Part shown: positions 25,712 through 34,723 of the stretch, one piece after another | Layout of the letters: every line of letters starts with the position of its first letter | Position numbering within the stretch: the first letter of the stretch is position 1 | Source of the DNA: Gammaproteobacteria bacterium | Lineage (GTDB): Bacteria; Pseudomonadota; Gammaproteobacteria; JAUHZG01 | Length of the DNA: 46,717 bases | NCBI GenBank assembly: GCA_030425845.1 | Contig: JAUHZG010000002.1 | Coordinates: 1-46,717 of the forward strand | Reading direction: 5' to 3' | Translations under genes and position numbers: made by a program | Notes under the pieces: model-generated | What the model was told of the DNA's origin: nothing | Seen by the model: only the letters and a program-made list of their open reading frames with translations | The model's database searches: none

Positions 25712-26623
25712 TCAAGCGGGCACAGAAGAATGCAGCAGTGCATTTTGAACGACTTTGACCAGTGCATCGTGCTCATAGCACTTTGGAACCAAGCTAACCC
25801 ATTGATTGCCGGTTTTACACTCAGGCACGTCTAGTGTGACAAGCATGTTGGTCGCAAGCTCGTTACGTACCGCAAGCTCTGGCACCAGAGCTAGTCCAAG
25901 GTTGTTAAGTACAGCTTGTTTGATGGCTTCGGTACTTTCAATCTCAAAGACTATCTTAAGCTCATGAGCCGTCGCTTCACAGGCTTGATACAAGTACTGA
26001 CTAATCGTCGCATTCCTCTCACGCACGATAAACGCATGTTCAAATAGCGCATCAGGGGTTACTGTGGTAAGACTTGCAAGCGGATGCTCGGGGTGGGCGA
26101 TAAAAACTAAAGGGTTATTCCATAATGCTTCACTAATCAATTCTTTAGAGTGTGGTGGATCGGTGACTATCCCCATTTGAATATCATTCGATGCTAGCTG
26201 CTTTAATATCGTTTCACGTGACTGAATAATGCAGTGGAAATCAATCTTCGGGTAGTGCTTCATGACCTCGCCTACCACGTGGAGAAAAAAGTATTTCGCG
26301 GTGGACACCATGGAAATATTGATCTTTCCTGCAAGTCCATCACGGTATTCGGATAAACGGTATTGCAAATGGTTAAAGGCTTGGTCGATTTTGAAATGTT
26401 CTTCGTAAATAATCTCGGCCGCCGGTGTAGCTTTGAGTTTCTTACCTGCCATTTCGAATAATTTTACATCAAAGTGTTCTTCAATTTGCTTGATGATGCT
26501 AGAAACCGCCGGCTGTGTTAAGTATAGCGCTTTGGCCGCTTGCGTAATGGAGCCGTGTTTAACAACCGCAGCAAACACTGAGAGCTTGTATTGGCTTACC
26601 ATTCGAAAGTCATTTTTTTGCAT
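25712..26623 (-). CDS. LysR-family transcriptional regulator
   Basis: N-terminal wHTH LSVFAAVVKHGSITQAAKALYLTQPAVSSIIKQIEEHF plus a LysR substrate-binding domain. It is divergent from cydAB. Confidence 0.85.
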   Translation of the reverse strand: MQKNDFRMVSQYKLSVFAAVVKHGSITQAAKALYLTQPAVSSIIKQIEEHFDVKLFEMAGKKLKATPAAEIIYEEHFKIDQAFNHLQYRLSEYRDGLAGKINISMVSTAKYFFLHVVGEVMKHYPKIDFHCIIQSRETILKQLASNDIQMGIVTDPPHSKELISEALWNNPLVFIAHPEHPLASLTTVTPDALFEHAFIVRERNATISQYLYQACEATAHELKIVFEIESTEAIKQAVLNNLGLALVPELAVRNELATNMLVTLDVPECKTGNQWVSLVPKCYEHDALVKVVQNALLHSSVPA

Positions 26624-26716
26624 CGTTGTCTCTCTTGTTCAACTGTTTTCACGGTTCTTTGATTGGTCACGTTCTGCGGCCCGACCTACTTTAGCATTGT
26701 GCCACCCATCACCCTG

Positions 26717-26761
26717 TATCGATATATCAATTTATCGATACAATCAAATATTTTTATCGAA
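26717..26761. promoter_or_regulatory. Three TATCGA(T)A half-palindromes in the LysR-cydA intergenic region (candidate operator)
   Basis: TATCGATA at 26717..26724 and 26733..26740, and TATCGAA at 26755..26761. The first pair forms ATCGATA-N9-ATCGATA dyad symmetry, similar to LysR T-N11-A sites. Confidence 0.35.
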
Positions 26762-26880
26762 CTAGTAAAAAGCAGTAATTATCTTTTGCTCTTCAAACGT
26801 TTTATGATGGGTCATCAAGGATGTCACTATCAACGCCATTATAGCGTATTCATCATTGTCTTTGCGAGTGGAGGTTCATC

Positions 26881-28194
26881 ATGTTATCCCTACTGACTCT
26901 CTCTAGACTGCAGTTTGCTGTCACCATTACCTTTCACATCTTATACCCTGCGATCAGCATTGGTCTTGCGACATACTTACTCATCGTAGAGGGTTTGTGG
27001 CTTAAGACTCGGCAACATCGCTATTACCTCTCGGCCCGATTTTTTACCAAGCTGCTCGCGCTCACCTTCGGCATGGGCATCATTTCTGGGCTTGCGATGG
27101 AGTTTCAGCTCGGCACTAACTGGGGCGGATTCTCTGCTATCGTTGGTCCAGTCCTTGGTGTGCTATTCATCCTAGAAGCTCTGAGCGCCTTTTTCATCGA
27201 AGCCACCTTCTTAGGGTTTATGCTATTTGGCTGGCATAAAATCAACGAAAAATTTCACTTCTTTTGTACCTTTATGGTATGGGTAGGTGTTAGCTTATCG
27301 GCTTTTTGGATCTTGGCTGCAAACTCATGGATGCAAACACCTGCAGGAGTAACCTTCACCCGTCATCACTTTGATGTGAACAATTGGTGGCGAGTGATAC
27401 TAAACCCTTCCACAGTACTGCGTTACTCACATATGATGTTAGCGGCGTATATCGCCACTGCGATGCTCATCGCAGCAATTGCTTGTTATTATCTTAAACA
27501 GAAACGCTACCCCGATCTTGCGCGCTTTAACCTACGATTCGCACTCGTGACGTTAATAGTGTGTTTACCGCTACAAATTATTTTAGGGGATGCCGTGGGG
27601 TTAGAGGTGCACGACCATCAGCCAATCAAAACAGCCGCAATAGAAGGTTTATGGCACACGACCAAAGGCGCACCGCTGGTACTGTTTGCTAAAATCAATC
27701 AAGCCAAACAGCGTAACGAGATGGCCATTACTATTCCTCACTTAGCCAGTGTCATTAACACTCATCAATGGAACGGTAAACTCGTGGGACTCACCTCAGT
27801 CAAACCCGCATTGCAGCCCCCTGTTGCCCCAGTGTTTTACAGCTTTCGCATTATGGTGGGACTAGGTTTTGTGATGCTTGGGTTTACGCTCTACGGTCTT
27901 AAACTCTGGCGTCAAGGCCGACTCACCACAGCCAGTGGTTATCATCGTTTAAGCATGTTACTAGCGCCCTCGGGCCTCATCGCCCTCATCACCGGTTGGT
28001 ATACCGCTGAAATTGGCCGTCAGCCTTGGGTCGTCTATGGATTGGTGAAAACATCTGATGCTGTCAGTCATGTTACTTACGCAAAAGTCGCGCAAGGGTT
28101 TGTGGTGATCCTGATAACCTATGGGGTTCTATTTGGCTTTTACTTTATGCGCTACGCTTTGCGCACTATCACTAAAGGACCACAAGGAGAATAG
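26881..28194 (+). CDS. cydA: Cytochrome bd-type quinol oxidase subunit I (short Q-loop, CIO-like)
   Basis: LSRLQFAVTITFHILYPAISIGLA, GWYTAEIGRQPWVVYG, and GGAGG before the ATG. The 437-aa length implies the short Q-loop form. Confidence 0.85.
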   Translation: MLSLLTLSRLQFAVTITFHILYPAISIGLATYLLIVEGLWLKTRQHRYYLSARFFTKLLALTFGMGIISGLAMEFQLGTNWGGFSAIVGPVLGVLFILEALSAFFIEATFLGFMLFGWHKINEKFHFFCTFMVWVGVSLSAFWILAANSWMQTPAGVTFTRHHFDVNNWWRVILNPSTVLRYSHMMLAAYIATAMLIAAIACYYLKQKRYPDLARFNLRFALVTLIVCLPLQIILGDAVGLEVHDHQPIKTAAIEGLWHTTKGAPLVLFAKINQAKQRNEMAITIPHLASVINTHQWNGKLVGLTSVKPALQPPVAPVFYSFRIMVGLGFVMLGFTLYGLKLWRQGRLTTASGYHRLSMLLAPSGLIALITGWYTAEIGRQPWVVYGLVKTSDAVSHVTYAKVAQGFVVILITYGVLFGFYFMRYALRTITKGPQGE

Positions 28195-28197
28195 ATC

Positions 28198-29112
28198 ATG
28201 ACACACGAGACGTTAGCCTTAGTATGGCTTGGTATTCTCTGCCTTACTTTATTTAATTACCTTCTGCATGATAGTAGTTGGTTAGTTGCATGCGCTTACT
28301 TACCATTCCTATCAAAAGAAAAACAAAAAACAATAGTCACGGGATTGATGCCACTGTGGGATATCAATCAAACTTGGTTAGTCTTCACATTAGCGGGATT
28401 GTATGCCGGCTTTTCAAAGGGTTTCGCTCTTGTGATGCAAACGCTGTATCTTCCCATGATTTATTTATTCTTGCTAATGATGTGTCGTGGGGCGAGCTTA
28501 GAGTTTACAATAAAAACTAAGCTTAAACGTAGCTGGGTCGCCGCCTTGGCATTAAGCTCGGCGGGAATACTAGTCACACTCGCTATCGCACTTGCATTAT
28601 TTGTCGACTCGCTGCATACAAGCACTGAGCACTCTCTATTTTTACAGCTAGGTTATTGGTGTGGTGGTTTTATTGTGTTTTTGCTGTTTGCATTGACAAG
28701 ACGAAGTCCTGCTCAACAGACAAAGTTACTTGCTATTATGACCGTCTTAAGTGCGCTATCCTTTTTGCTGATCTACATACGCTATTTTTCAGTCTCTCTC
28801 TCACCGGTTGCTACAGCTTTCATTTTCTGCACTGGAATCGCCACCCTTTGTAGCAATATCATTATCCCTATACAAAAACGTCAAGTTCGCCAACGTCTCA
28901 CGCTTGGGTTTCTCTTTGCATGCGCACTCTTGCTCGTGTCATTTAGCTACCCTTATCTTTTTACAGCAAAGATGAGTATACTGATGGCAGCGTCGAGCAA
29001 ACAGAGCTTAGCGGTCTGTATCACCGCATCGTTGATAATGCTGCCGCTACTCTTTATCGTTAATAAGCGCTTTAGCACTGTCTATAAAACTAAGCTAAAT
29101 GAATTATCCTAG
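28198..29112 (+). CDS. cydB: Cytochrome bd-type quinol oxidase subunit II (short form)
   Basis: MPLWDINQTWLVFTLAGLYAGF...CRGASLEF aligns with the E. coli CydB region [20 protein letters not shown]...FRPVGFDY (from memory). It starts 3 nt after cydA. Confidence 0.7.
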   Translation: MTHETLALVWLGILCLTLFNYLLHDSSWLVACAYLPFLSKEKQKTIVTGLMPLWDINQTWLVFTLAGLYAGFSKGFALVMQTLYLPMIYLFLLMMCRGASLEFTIKTKLKRSWVAALALSSAGILVTLAIALALFVDSLHTSTEHSLFLQLGYWCGGFIVFLLFALTRRSPAQQTKLLAIMTVLSALSFLLIYIRYFSVSLSPVATAFIFCTGIATLCSNIIIPIQKRQVRQRLTLGFLFACALLLVSFSYPYLFTAKMSILMAASSKQSLAVCITASLIMLPLLFIVNKRFSTVYKTKLNELS

Positions 29113-29146
29113 AAATGCGCGCCCAACTGCCGTTTCTTGGATTATA
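29104..29146. repeat. Solo copy of the CCTAGAAA...TTTCTAGG palindromic unit, overlapping the cydB stop codon
   Basis: TTATCCTAGAAATGCGCGCCCAACTGCCGTTTCTTGGATTATA compares with 20592..20632, ACCCTAGAAATGTGCGCCCAACTACCGTTTCTAGGATAATC. The cydB TAG (29110..29112) is the TAG of CCTAGAAA. Confidence 0.5.
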
Positions 29147-29221
29147 GCTATGCTGCTTTAATTTTCGGAATTTATTGAAGTAGAATTGGTATATTCTACT
29201 AAATTAGCGGAGTATAAGACG

Positions 29222-29959
29222 ATGACTTTAACCTCGTTCGGTGAAAATATTAAGCTATGTGTTATCGGTGCCACCGGTGGACTTGGTGCAGCATTTGTCG
29301 ATACCTTGCTTAGGTTAGCCGAGGTTGAGGTCGTCTATGCTCTATCTCGTCGTCCACTCCACTCTGAACATCGTAACTGCATGGTATTAAACGGCGACAT
29401 CACCGATGAGAGTTCTCTCATCCGTTGTGCCGGTGAGATTGCGGATAACTCACTAGCGTTAACCATTGTCGCTACGGGCTTTCTACACGATGAAACTCAT
29501 CAACCGGAAAAATCCTCCCGTACGTTAAGCCTTGAAGGAATGCAACAGGCGTTTTTAATCAATAGTATCGCACCTGCTCTGATTGCCAAACATTTTCTAC
29601 CTAAAATGCGACGCCAGGCGAAAGCAAGTTTTGCTGTACTATCGGCACGGGTAGGTAGCATTAGCGATAACCACAAAGGCGGCTGGTATAGCTATCGTGC
29701 CTCAAAAGCGGCCCTCAATATGTTGTTACAAAATTTTGCTCTAGAGTTCCGCTTGAAAAACCCAAGTCTGAATATCCTCGCCCTACAACCAGGCACAGTA
29801 AACACAGCACTCTCTGCTCCTTTTCAAGCACGTGTCGCTCCCGAAAAACTATTCACCCCCAGCCAATCAGCCAACCATCTACTGCAAGTGATAGACACAG
29901 CGAATAACCCTGGTGTCGCCCACTTCCTCGACTGGCAAGGAAAATCTATTCCATGGTAG
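29222..29959 (+). CDS. Short-chain dehydrogenase/reductase (C-factor-like SDR)
   Basis: VIGATGGLGAAF (TGxxxGxG) and YSYRASKAALN (YxxxK). The start is at MTLTSF (ATG 29222). Confidence 0.8.
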   Translation: MTLTSFGENIKLCVIGATGGLGAAFVDTLLRLAEVEVVYALSRRPLHSEHRNCMVLNGDITDESSLIRCAGEIADNSLALTIVATGFLHDETHQPEKSSRTLSLEGMQQAFLINSIAPALIAKHFLPKMRRQAKASFAVLSARVGSISDNHKGGWYSYRASKAALNMLLQNFALEFRLKNPSLNILALQPGTVNTALSAPFQARVAPEKLFTPSQSANHLLQVIDTANNPGVAHFLDWQGKSIPW

Positions 29960-30798
29960 GTAAAACAATTTCCAAAACAACTCTCATCCCTGCGCATTTA
30001 ACCGAAAACATAAACGAGCTACCAAATACTGCTGGCGTGTACTTCTTCCTCGATAAAAACAATCGCCCGTTATACATCGGTAAAAGTATTCATATACAAA
30101 CACGCGTGAAATCACATTTTTATCAGACTAATGAGAACCATAAAATTCACCGCCTGAAGCGCGCGACGTTATCTATCCGTGCCATTGAAACCGCCGGCGA
30201 ACACACTGCGTTATTTCTAGAAGCAGAGCTTATTAAACGCTACCAACCCATCTTCAATCGACGCTTACGTCGCCAAAAGGGCTACTGCTCTTTAGTGATT
30301 GATGACACCGAAAAATTTCATTCATTAAAGTGGACGTTTACACTTGATGTAAATAATCTCGCTAACTATTACGGACTTTATCAGTCTAAGCGACAAGCCT
30401 TAGCAGCGATTGAAACGTTGTGTGATGAAAGCCAGTTGTGTAGACGCCGTTGCGGCATCAAAGGGCTTACAACTTGCTTTAAAGCAAGCGTCAATCAGTG
30501 TCATGCCGTGTGTGCCAGCAACGAATCAGCCGATGTGTACAATGCCAGGCTCAAAGCACGCTTGGCACATTTACAACTCTCTGTCTGGCCTTATGCAGGG
30601 CCAATTGCACTTAAAGAATCTTGTGCGCACACAGGGCTGGTACAATACATCTTACTCGACAACTGGTGTTATCTTGGCATTAACAGTGAGCCTACCCTTT
30701 CATCTGACATGCGACTTCACAATAAGAGTTTTGACCGTGATATTTACTGGCTAGCAAACTTAGCTATTACACAGCTATCGATATCATATGTGCGTTAA
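29953..30798 (+). CDS. GIY-YIG nuclease domain protein (Cho / UvrC-N-terminal-like)
   Basis: AGVYFFLDKNNRPLYIGKSIHIQTRVKSHF...EAELIKRYQPIFN. Its 281-aa size is close to Cho. It overlaps the SDR stop by 7 nt. Confidence 0.7.
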   Translation: MVGKTISKTTLIPAHLTENINELPNTAGVYFFLDKNNRPLYIGKSIHIQTRVKSHFYQTNENHKIHRLKRATLSIRAIETAGEHTALFLEAELIKRYQPIFNRRLRRQKGYCSLVIDDTEKFHSLKWTFTLDVNNLANYYGLYQSKRQALAAIETLCDESQLCRRRCGIKGLTTCFKASVNQCHAVCASNESADVYNARLKARLAHLQLSVWPYAGPIALKESCAHTGLVQYILLDNWCYLGINSEPTLSSDMRLHNKSFDRDIYWLANLAITQLSISYVR

Positions 30799-30872
30799 CT
30801 GGGAGTGAGTTTATGAGGGGCTCCTCAAGAGTTATTGCAGCCACTTGTAGGGTTCTCTTATATCAGCTCGAA

Positions 30873-30905
30873 ATTAATATTGCCTTAAGGATGAGCTGCT
30901 ATTAT
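30873..30905 (+). promoter_or_regulatory. PmrA-type tandem TTAAT box plus -10 element
   Basis: aTTAATATT-gc-cTTAAGGAT (30873..30892), then 7 nt, then TATTAT (30900..30905). The geometry is the same as at 17298..17330. Confidence 0.5.
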
Positions 30906-30931
30906 TGCTCCATTCAAGACTATTAGCAGGC

Positions 30932-32302
30932 ATGGCAATTATGAGAAGCACTCAAGACTTCATCGAGCAAATACGCAAAGACATAGTTCAACTAGGATCA
31001 TCCGTTAAATCAGCGATTTATGACCGCCCCTTCCCGAGCAGACCGCATATCCTTGCTCCAAATTTTAAATCAAAGGATCAAGAAGACTATGGGCAAATGT
31101 GGTTGGCAGCGAACCAAGAAACTGTCGAAGACTTTAAATCGAATGAAGACGCTATTCGTTCATTTGAGGCTAGTATGACTGCTTTTTATGAACAGTTCAT
31201 ATTTTCACTAGACCCTGAAGCTGAAACTTGGCTTGAAGAAGCCCTTGCTTCAGTAAAGGATTCTTTTGGTCCGATTTTTGAAGTCGATATTGATAGAATG
31301 GTTTCTAATCAGGAAGGTGACAATGATGAAGACGCAAAAAAAAATGATCCTGTTGTTGACACGGCATATCTGGATAATGATCTTCGTAATTTCAACTTAG
31401 CGTTCTATCTTTATGCGCTTTGTGCAAAACACCGCCGAAATATTGCTGCTGAACTAAATCAAGATGGTGATGGTATTTTTCGTCCAAAGAAATATGGCTT
31501 ATTTGTGGATAAGAATTGGGGGACGCCACACGACCTCGTATCCCCTTATGATACTCGATTCGGCAAATATTATGCCCCCCTTAAGAAAGGGTTAATATCT
31601 AACCTCTCTAACAGCGGGGAGTTAGAATTCAATTGTGGTGGAGCGCCACTAATGCCTACTTTTGTAGTCGCTCTGCCTATTACGGGCAAGCATCCAATCA
31701 AGTGTGAAACATATTTTGAGGATTCATTATCTACTTATCGAAGACAGATGTACCAAATTCCTAGCAAAATTCCTCAAAATTCGCCTTTCGTCATAATGGT
31801 ACACGGGAACGTATCTGACATAAGAGAAATGTTTTCTCAGGTTAATTTACATTTAGGTGAGACTTTAAGGCTTGACAACGAAAATCCTGTTGAAAAATTA
31901 ACACTGCTTTATTACCACCTAGCCAACATTATGTATTACCTTGGTAATATCATACCTTTGAAGGCCGGTTCTGCTGCAACTACTGAAAATTTTATTCAAT
32001 GTATTTTAAAAAAAATTAATCTGCCGCCTGCTGTTTATCAATCGACACAAATTCCTTGGTATTTTTTATGTAAAGTAACTAGCCGAGAACAATTTATCAG
32101 AATTTTCCCCAGGCTGCTTTCTCGTCCACTTATAAGGCTTGATACACTACAAATCAGTACTGCTGCTGCATATACTTCGTCGTCAGCTTTGTTCACACGT
32201 GTGGCAAAAGAACAGGGCATGCATAAAATGCATGATGAAAGAAACAATTCTGAAGAAGAGAGGGAAAGATTTGACTGCCGTTACGGTATAGTGCCTCGCT
32301 AA
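30932..32302 (+). CDS. Hypothetical protein (456 aa), AT-rich orphan; effector candidate
   Basis: Long ORF. The track's TTG start at 30905 coincides with the predicted -10, so the ATG at 30932 (MAIMRST...) is preferred. I recognise no domain. Confidence 0.55.
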   Translation: MAIMRSTQDFIEQIRKDIVQLGSSVKSAIYDRPFPSRPHILAPNFKSKDQEDYGQMWLAANQETVEDFKSNEDAIRSFEASMTAFYEQFIFSLDPEAETWLEEALASVKDSFGPIFEVDIDRMVSNQEGDNDEDAKKNDPVVDTAYLDNDLRNFNLAFYLYALCAKHRRNIAAELNQDGDGIFRPKKYGLFVDKNWGTPHDLVSPYDTRFGKYYAPLKKGLISNLSNSGELEFNCGGAPLMPTFVVALPITGKHPIKCETYFEDSLSTYRRQMYQIPSKIPQNSPFVIMVHGNVSDIREMFSQVNLHLGETLRLDNENPVEKLTLLYYHLANIMYYLGNIIPLKAGSAATTENFIQCILKKINLPPAVYQSTQIPWYFLCKVTSREQFIRIFPRLLSRPLIRLDTLQISTAAAYTSSSALFTRVAKEQGMHKMHDERNNSEEERERFDCRYGIVPR

Positions 32303-32482
32303 TAGTTTCCGAAAATTCAATTGAGAGGCCTGAGAAAACATAGTTCCTCTCTTGTAAACGCTAACAAAACTCAGTCATGAACCGATTCATTGCTGGCTTC
32401 CAAGTATGGATAAGGGATCGCACATGCTTTGCTGCAGAGTAACGCAACTTCAGTTACCCTGCAACATAGCACTGGTGGTCAC

Positions 32483-34426
32483 TTAACTTCCAGACTGAAT
32501 TTGGACCAGAAGCTTGTTGATACGTTTCACAAAGTCAGCCGGTTTTTCGATATTAGCCCCTTCGGTTAATAACGCTTGATCGAGTAAGATGTGTGTCCAC
32601 TCAGCAAACTTCTCATCATCCGTTTCTGTTTGCAGACCTTTGATTAACGCATGCTCAGGATTAAGCTCTAAGATAAGCTTAGTCGCTGGTGCATCTTGAC
32701 CCGCGGCTTGCAAAATACGCTGCATATGACCACTCATGTCATAATCATCCGCCACCACACATGAAGGCGAATCAGTCAGACGGTGGGTTAAGCGCACATC
32801 TTTGACTTTATCTTTAAGTACTTCTTTAACTTGCTTTAACACGCTGTCAAATTCTTTTCGTTGTGCTTCATGCTCTTCTTTCTTCTCGTTGTCATCCAGA
32901 TCACCTAAATCTAAATCACCTCGCGCAACAGATTGTAAGTGTTTGCCGGCGTATTCGGTCATGTGCGTCACTAGCCACTCATCGACTTTATCATACAATA
33001 CCAGTACTTCGATCCCTTTCTTGCGGAAGATCTCAAGGTGCGGACTCGCACTCGCCGCTTGGAATGAATCGCCAGTGATATAGTAAATCTTATCTTGCCC
33101 TTCTTGCATACGCCCGATGTAATCATCGAATGAGATGTCTTGCGTATCAACATTAGTGTACGTACTGGCAAAGCGCAGTAATTTCGCCACCTCTTCACGA
33201 TTGCTGTAATCTTCAATTGGTCCTTCTTTTAGGACATTCCCAAAGGCCGCCCAGAACTTACCGTATTTGTTTTTATCATTTTCAGCCATTTTGCCCAGCA
33301 GTGACAAAATACGCTTAGTGATAGCCGTTTTCATTTTTTCAATCGTGGCATTAGATTGTAGCAACTCACGTGAAACGTTAAGTGGCAAATCGTTAGTATC
33401 CACGATCCCTTTCACAAAACGTAAATACATCGGCAGGAACTGCTCAGCGTCATCTAAAATAAAGACACGCTTAACATATAATTTCAAGCCATGAGGCTTA
33501 TCTCGATTCCATAAGTCAAATGGCGCATGAGAAGGCACATATAGCAATGACGTATATTCAAGTTTACCTTCAACACGATTTAAGCTATAGGCTAACGGAG
33601 CATCATAATCATGTGAAATGTGCTTATAGAATTCGTTATAATCACTCTCGCTAATCTCACTCTTAGGCTGCGTCCAAAGCGCTTTCGCCTTGTTGACGGT
33701 TTCCCATTCTGGTGTTTTCGGCGTCTCATCGACTTCTTTCGCTTCTTCGCCTTCAGCAGGAGTCGCTTTAGGCTCTTCTGGTTTTAACATTTCAACCGGG
33801 ACAGAAATGTGATCGGAGTATTTGCGAATAATATTACGCAAAGTGTGATCATTTAAAAATTCATCTTCGTCTTTCTTAAGATGAAGAACAATCTCCGTAC
33901 CACGCTCGGCTTTTTCAATCGTTTCAATTTCATAATCGCCTTCGCCTGTGGAAATCCAGTGCACACCATGTGCTTTGTCGGTGCCGGCTTTACGTGTACG
34001 AACTTCGACTTCTTCTGCCACGATGAAAGAGGCATAGAAACCTACACCAAACTGTCCGATAAGCTGAGAGTCTTTAGCATCATCATTCGTGAGGTTTGCC
34101 ATGAATTCTTTGGTACCAGAGCGAGCGATGGTCCCCAAGTTCGCAATCACTTCATCACGGGTCATGCCCACGCCGTTATCCTTGACAGTGATAGTACGCG
34201 CGTTTTTATCAAAGCTAATGGTGATTTTATTCTCGGCACTGCCTTCATATAAAGAATCATCTTTGAGGGCGAGGAAGCGTAACTTATCAATCGCATCAGA
34301 AGAGTTTGAGATCAGCTCCCTTAAAAAGATTTCTTTGTTAGAATATAAGGCATTGACTACCAAGTTGAGTAATTGTTTGACTTCTGTTTGAAAGCCATGC
34401 GTTTCGCGCTCTGCTGCTACCGCCAT
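32483..34426 (-). CDS. htpG: Molecular chaperone HtpG (Hsp90)
   Basis: [40 protein letters not shown] and [17 protein letters not shown] lies 9 nt upstream of the ATG at 34426. Confidence 0.95.
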   Translation of the reverse strand: MAVAAERETHGFQTEVKQLLNLVVNALYSNKEIFLRELISNSSDAIDKLRFLALKDDSLYEGSAENKITISFDKNARTITVKDNGVGMTRDEVIANLGTIARSGTKEFMANLTNDDAKDSQLIGQFGVGFYASFIVAEEVEVRTRKAGTDKAHGVHWISTGEGDYEIETIEKAERGTEIVLHLKKDEDEFLNDHTLRNIIRKYSDHISVPVEMLKPEEPKATPAEGEEAKEVDETPKTPEWETVNKAKALWTQPKSEISESDYNEFYKHISHDYDAPLAYSLNRVEGKLEYTSLLYVPSHAPFDLWNRDKPHGLKLYVKRVFILDDAEQFLPMYLRFVKGIVDTNDLPLNVSRELLQSNATIEKMKTAITKRILSLLGKMAENDKNKYGKFWAAFGNVLKEGPIEDYSNREEVAKLLRFASTYTNVDTQDISFDDYIGRMQEGQDKIYYITGDSFQAASASPHLEIFRKKGIEVLVLYDKVDEWLVTHMTEYAGKHLQSVARGDLDLGDLDDNEKKEEHEAQRKEFDSVLKQVKEVLKDKVKDVRLTHRLTDSPSCVVADDYDMSGHMQRILQAAGQDAPATKLILELNPEHALIKGLQTETDDEKFAEWTHILLDQALLTEGANIEKPADFVKRINKLLVQIQSGS

Positions 34427-34464
34427 TAGTTGCATCTCCTAGTTAAACATTTCACCAGATAGGT

Positions 34465-34492
34465 AGATGGGGGCAAGTTCCAATTTTTCAAG
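34465..34492 (-). promoter_or_regulatory. Sigma32 (RpoH) heat-shock promoter of htpG
   Basis: The minus strand reads CTTGAAA, a 13-nt spacer, then CCCCATCT. This matches the consensus CTTGAAA-N13-15-CCCCATnT and lies about 40 nt upstream of the start. Confidence 0.6.
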
Positions 34493-34723
34493 GGATAGTT
34501 GTAACCTGCTGTTTTTAATAAAAAATATTTGGCAAGCGTCTTTAGTCAAACAGGTAGTTCATTTTTAACTATATTAGATAGGTATTTTAAGATTCTCAAT
34601 TTTGATAGATTCCCATCAGAACATATGCTTAGGCATGATTAGCAAAACTCAACAAATGAGTGGCCCCCTTCATCATCAGCCATAAACGACTTTTTATACA
34701 CTGGAGACCGTGTCACGACCTTC

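Noticed and set aside
30932-32302. A possible Fic/Doc motif around HLANIMYYLGNIIPLKAGSAAT in the 456-aa orphan
   Set aside because: It does not fit HPFx[DE]GN[GK]R or the Doc variant. Only the His and a distant Gly coincide.
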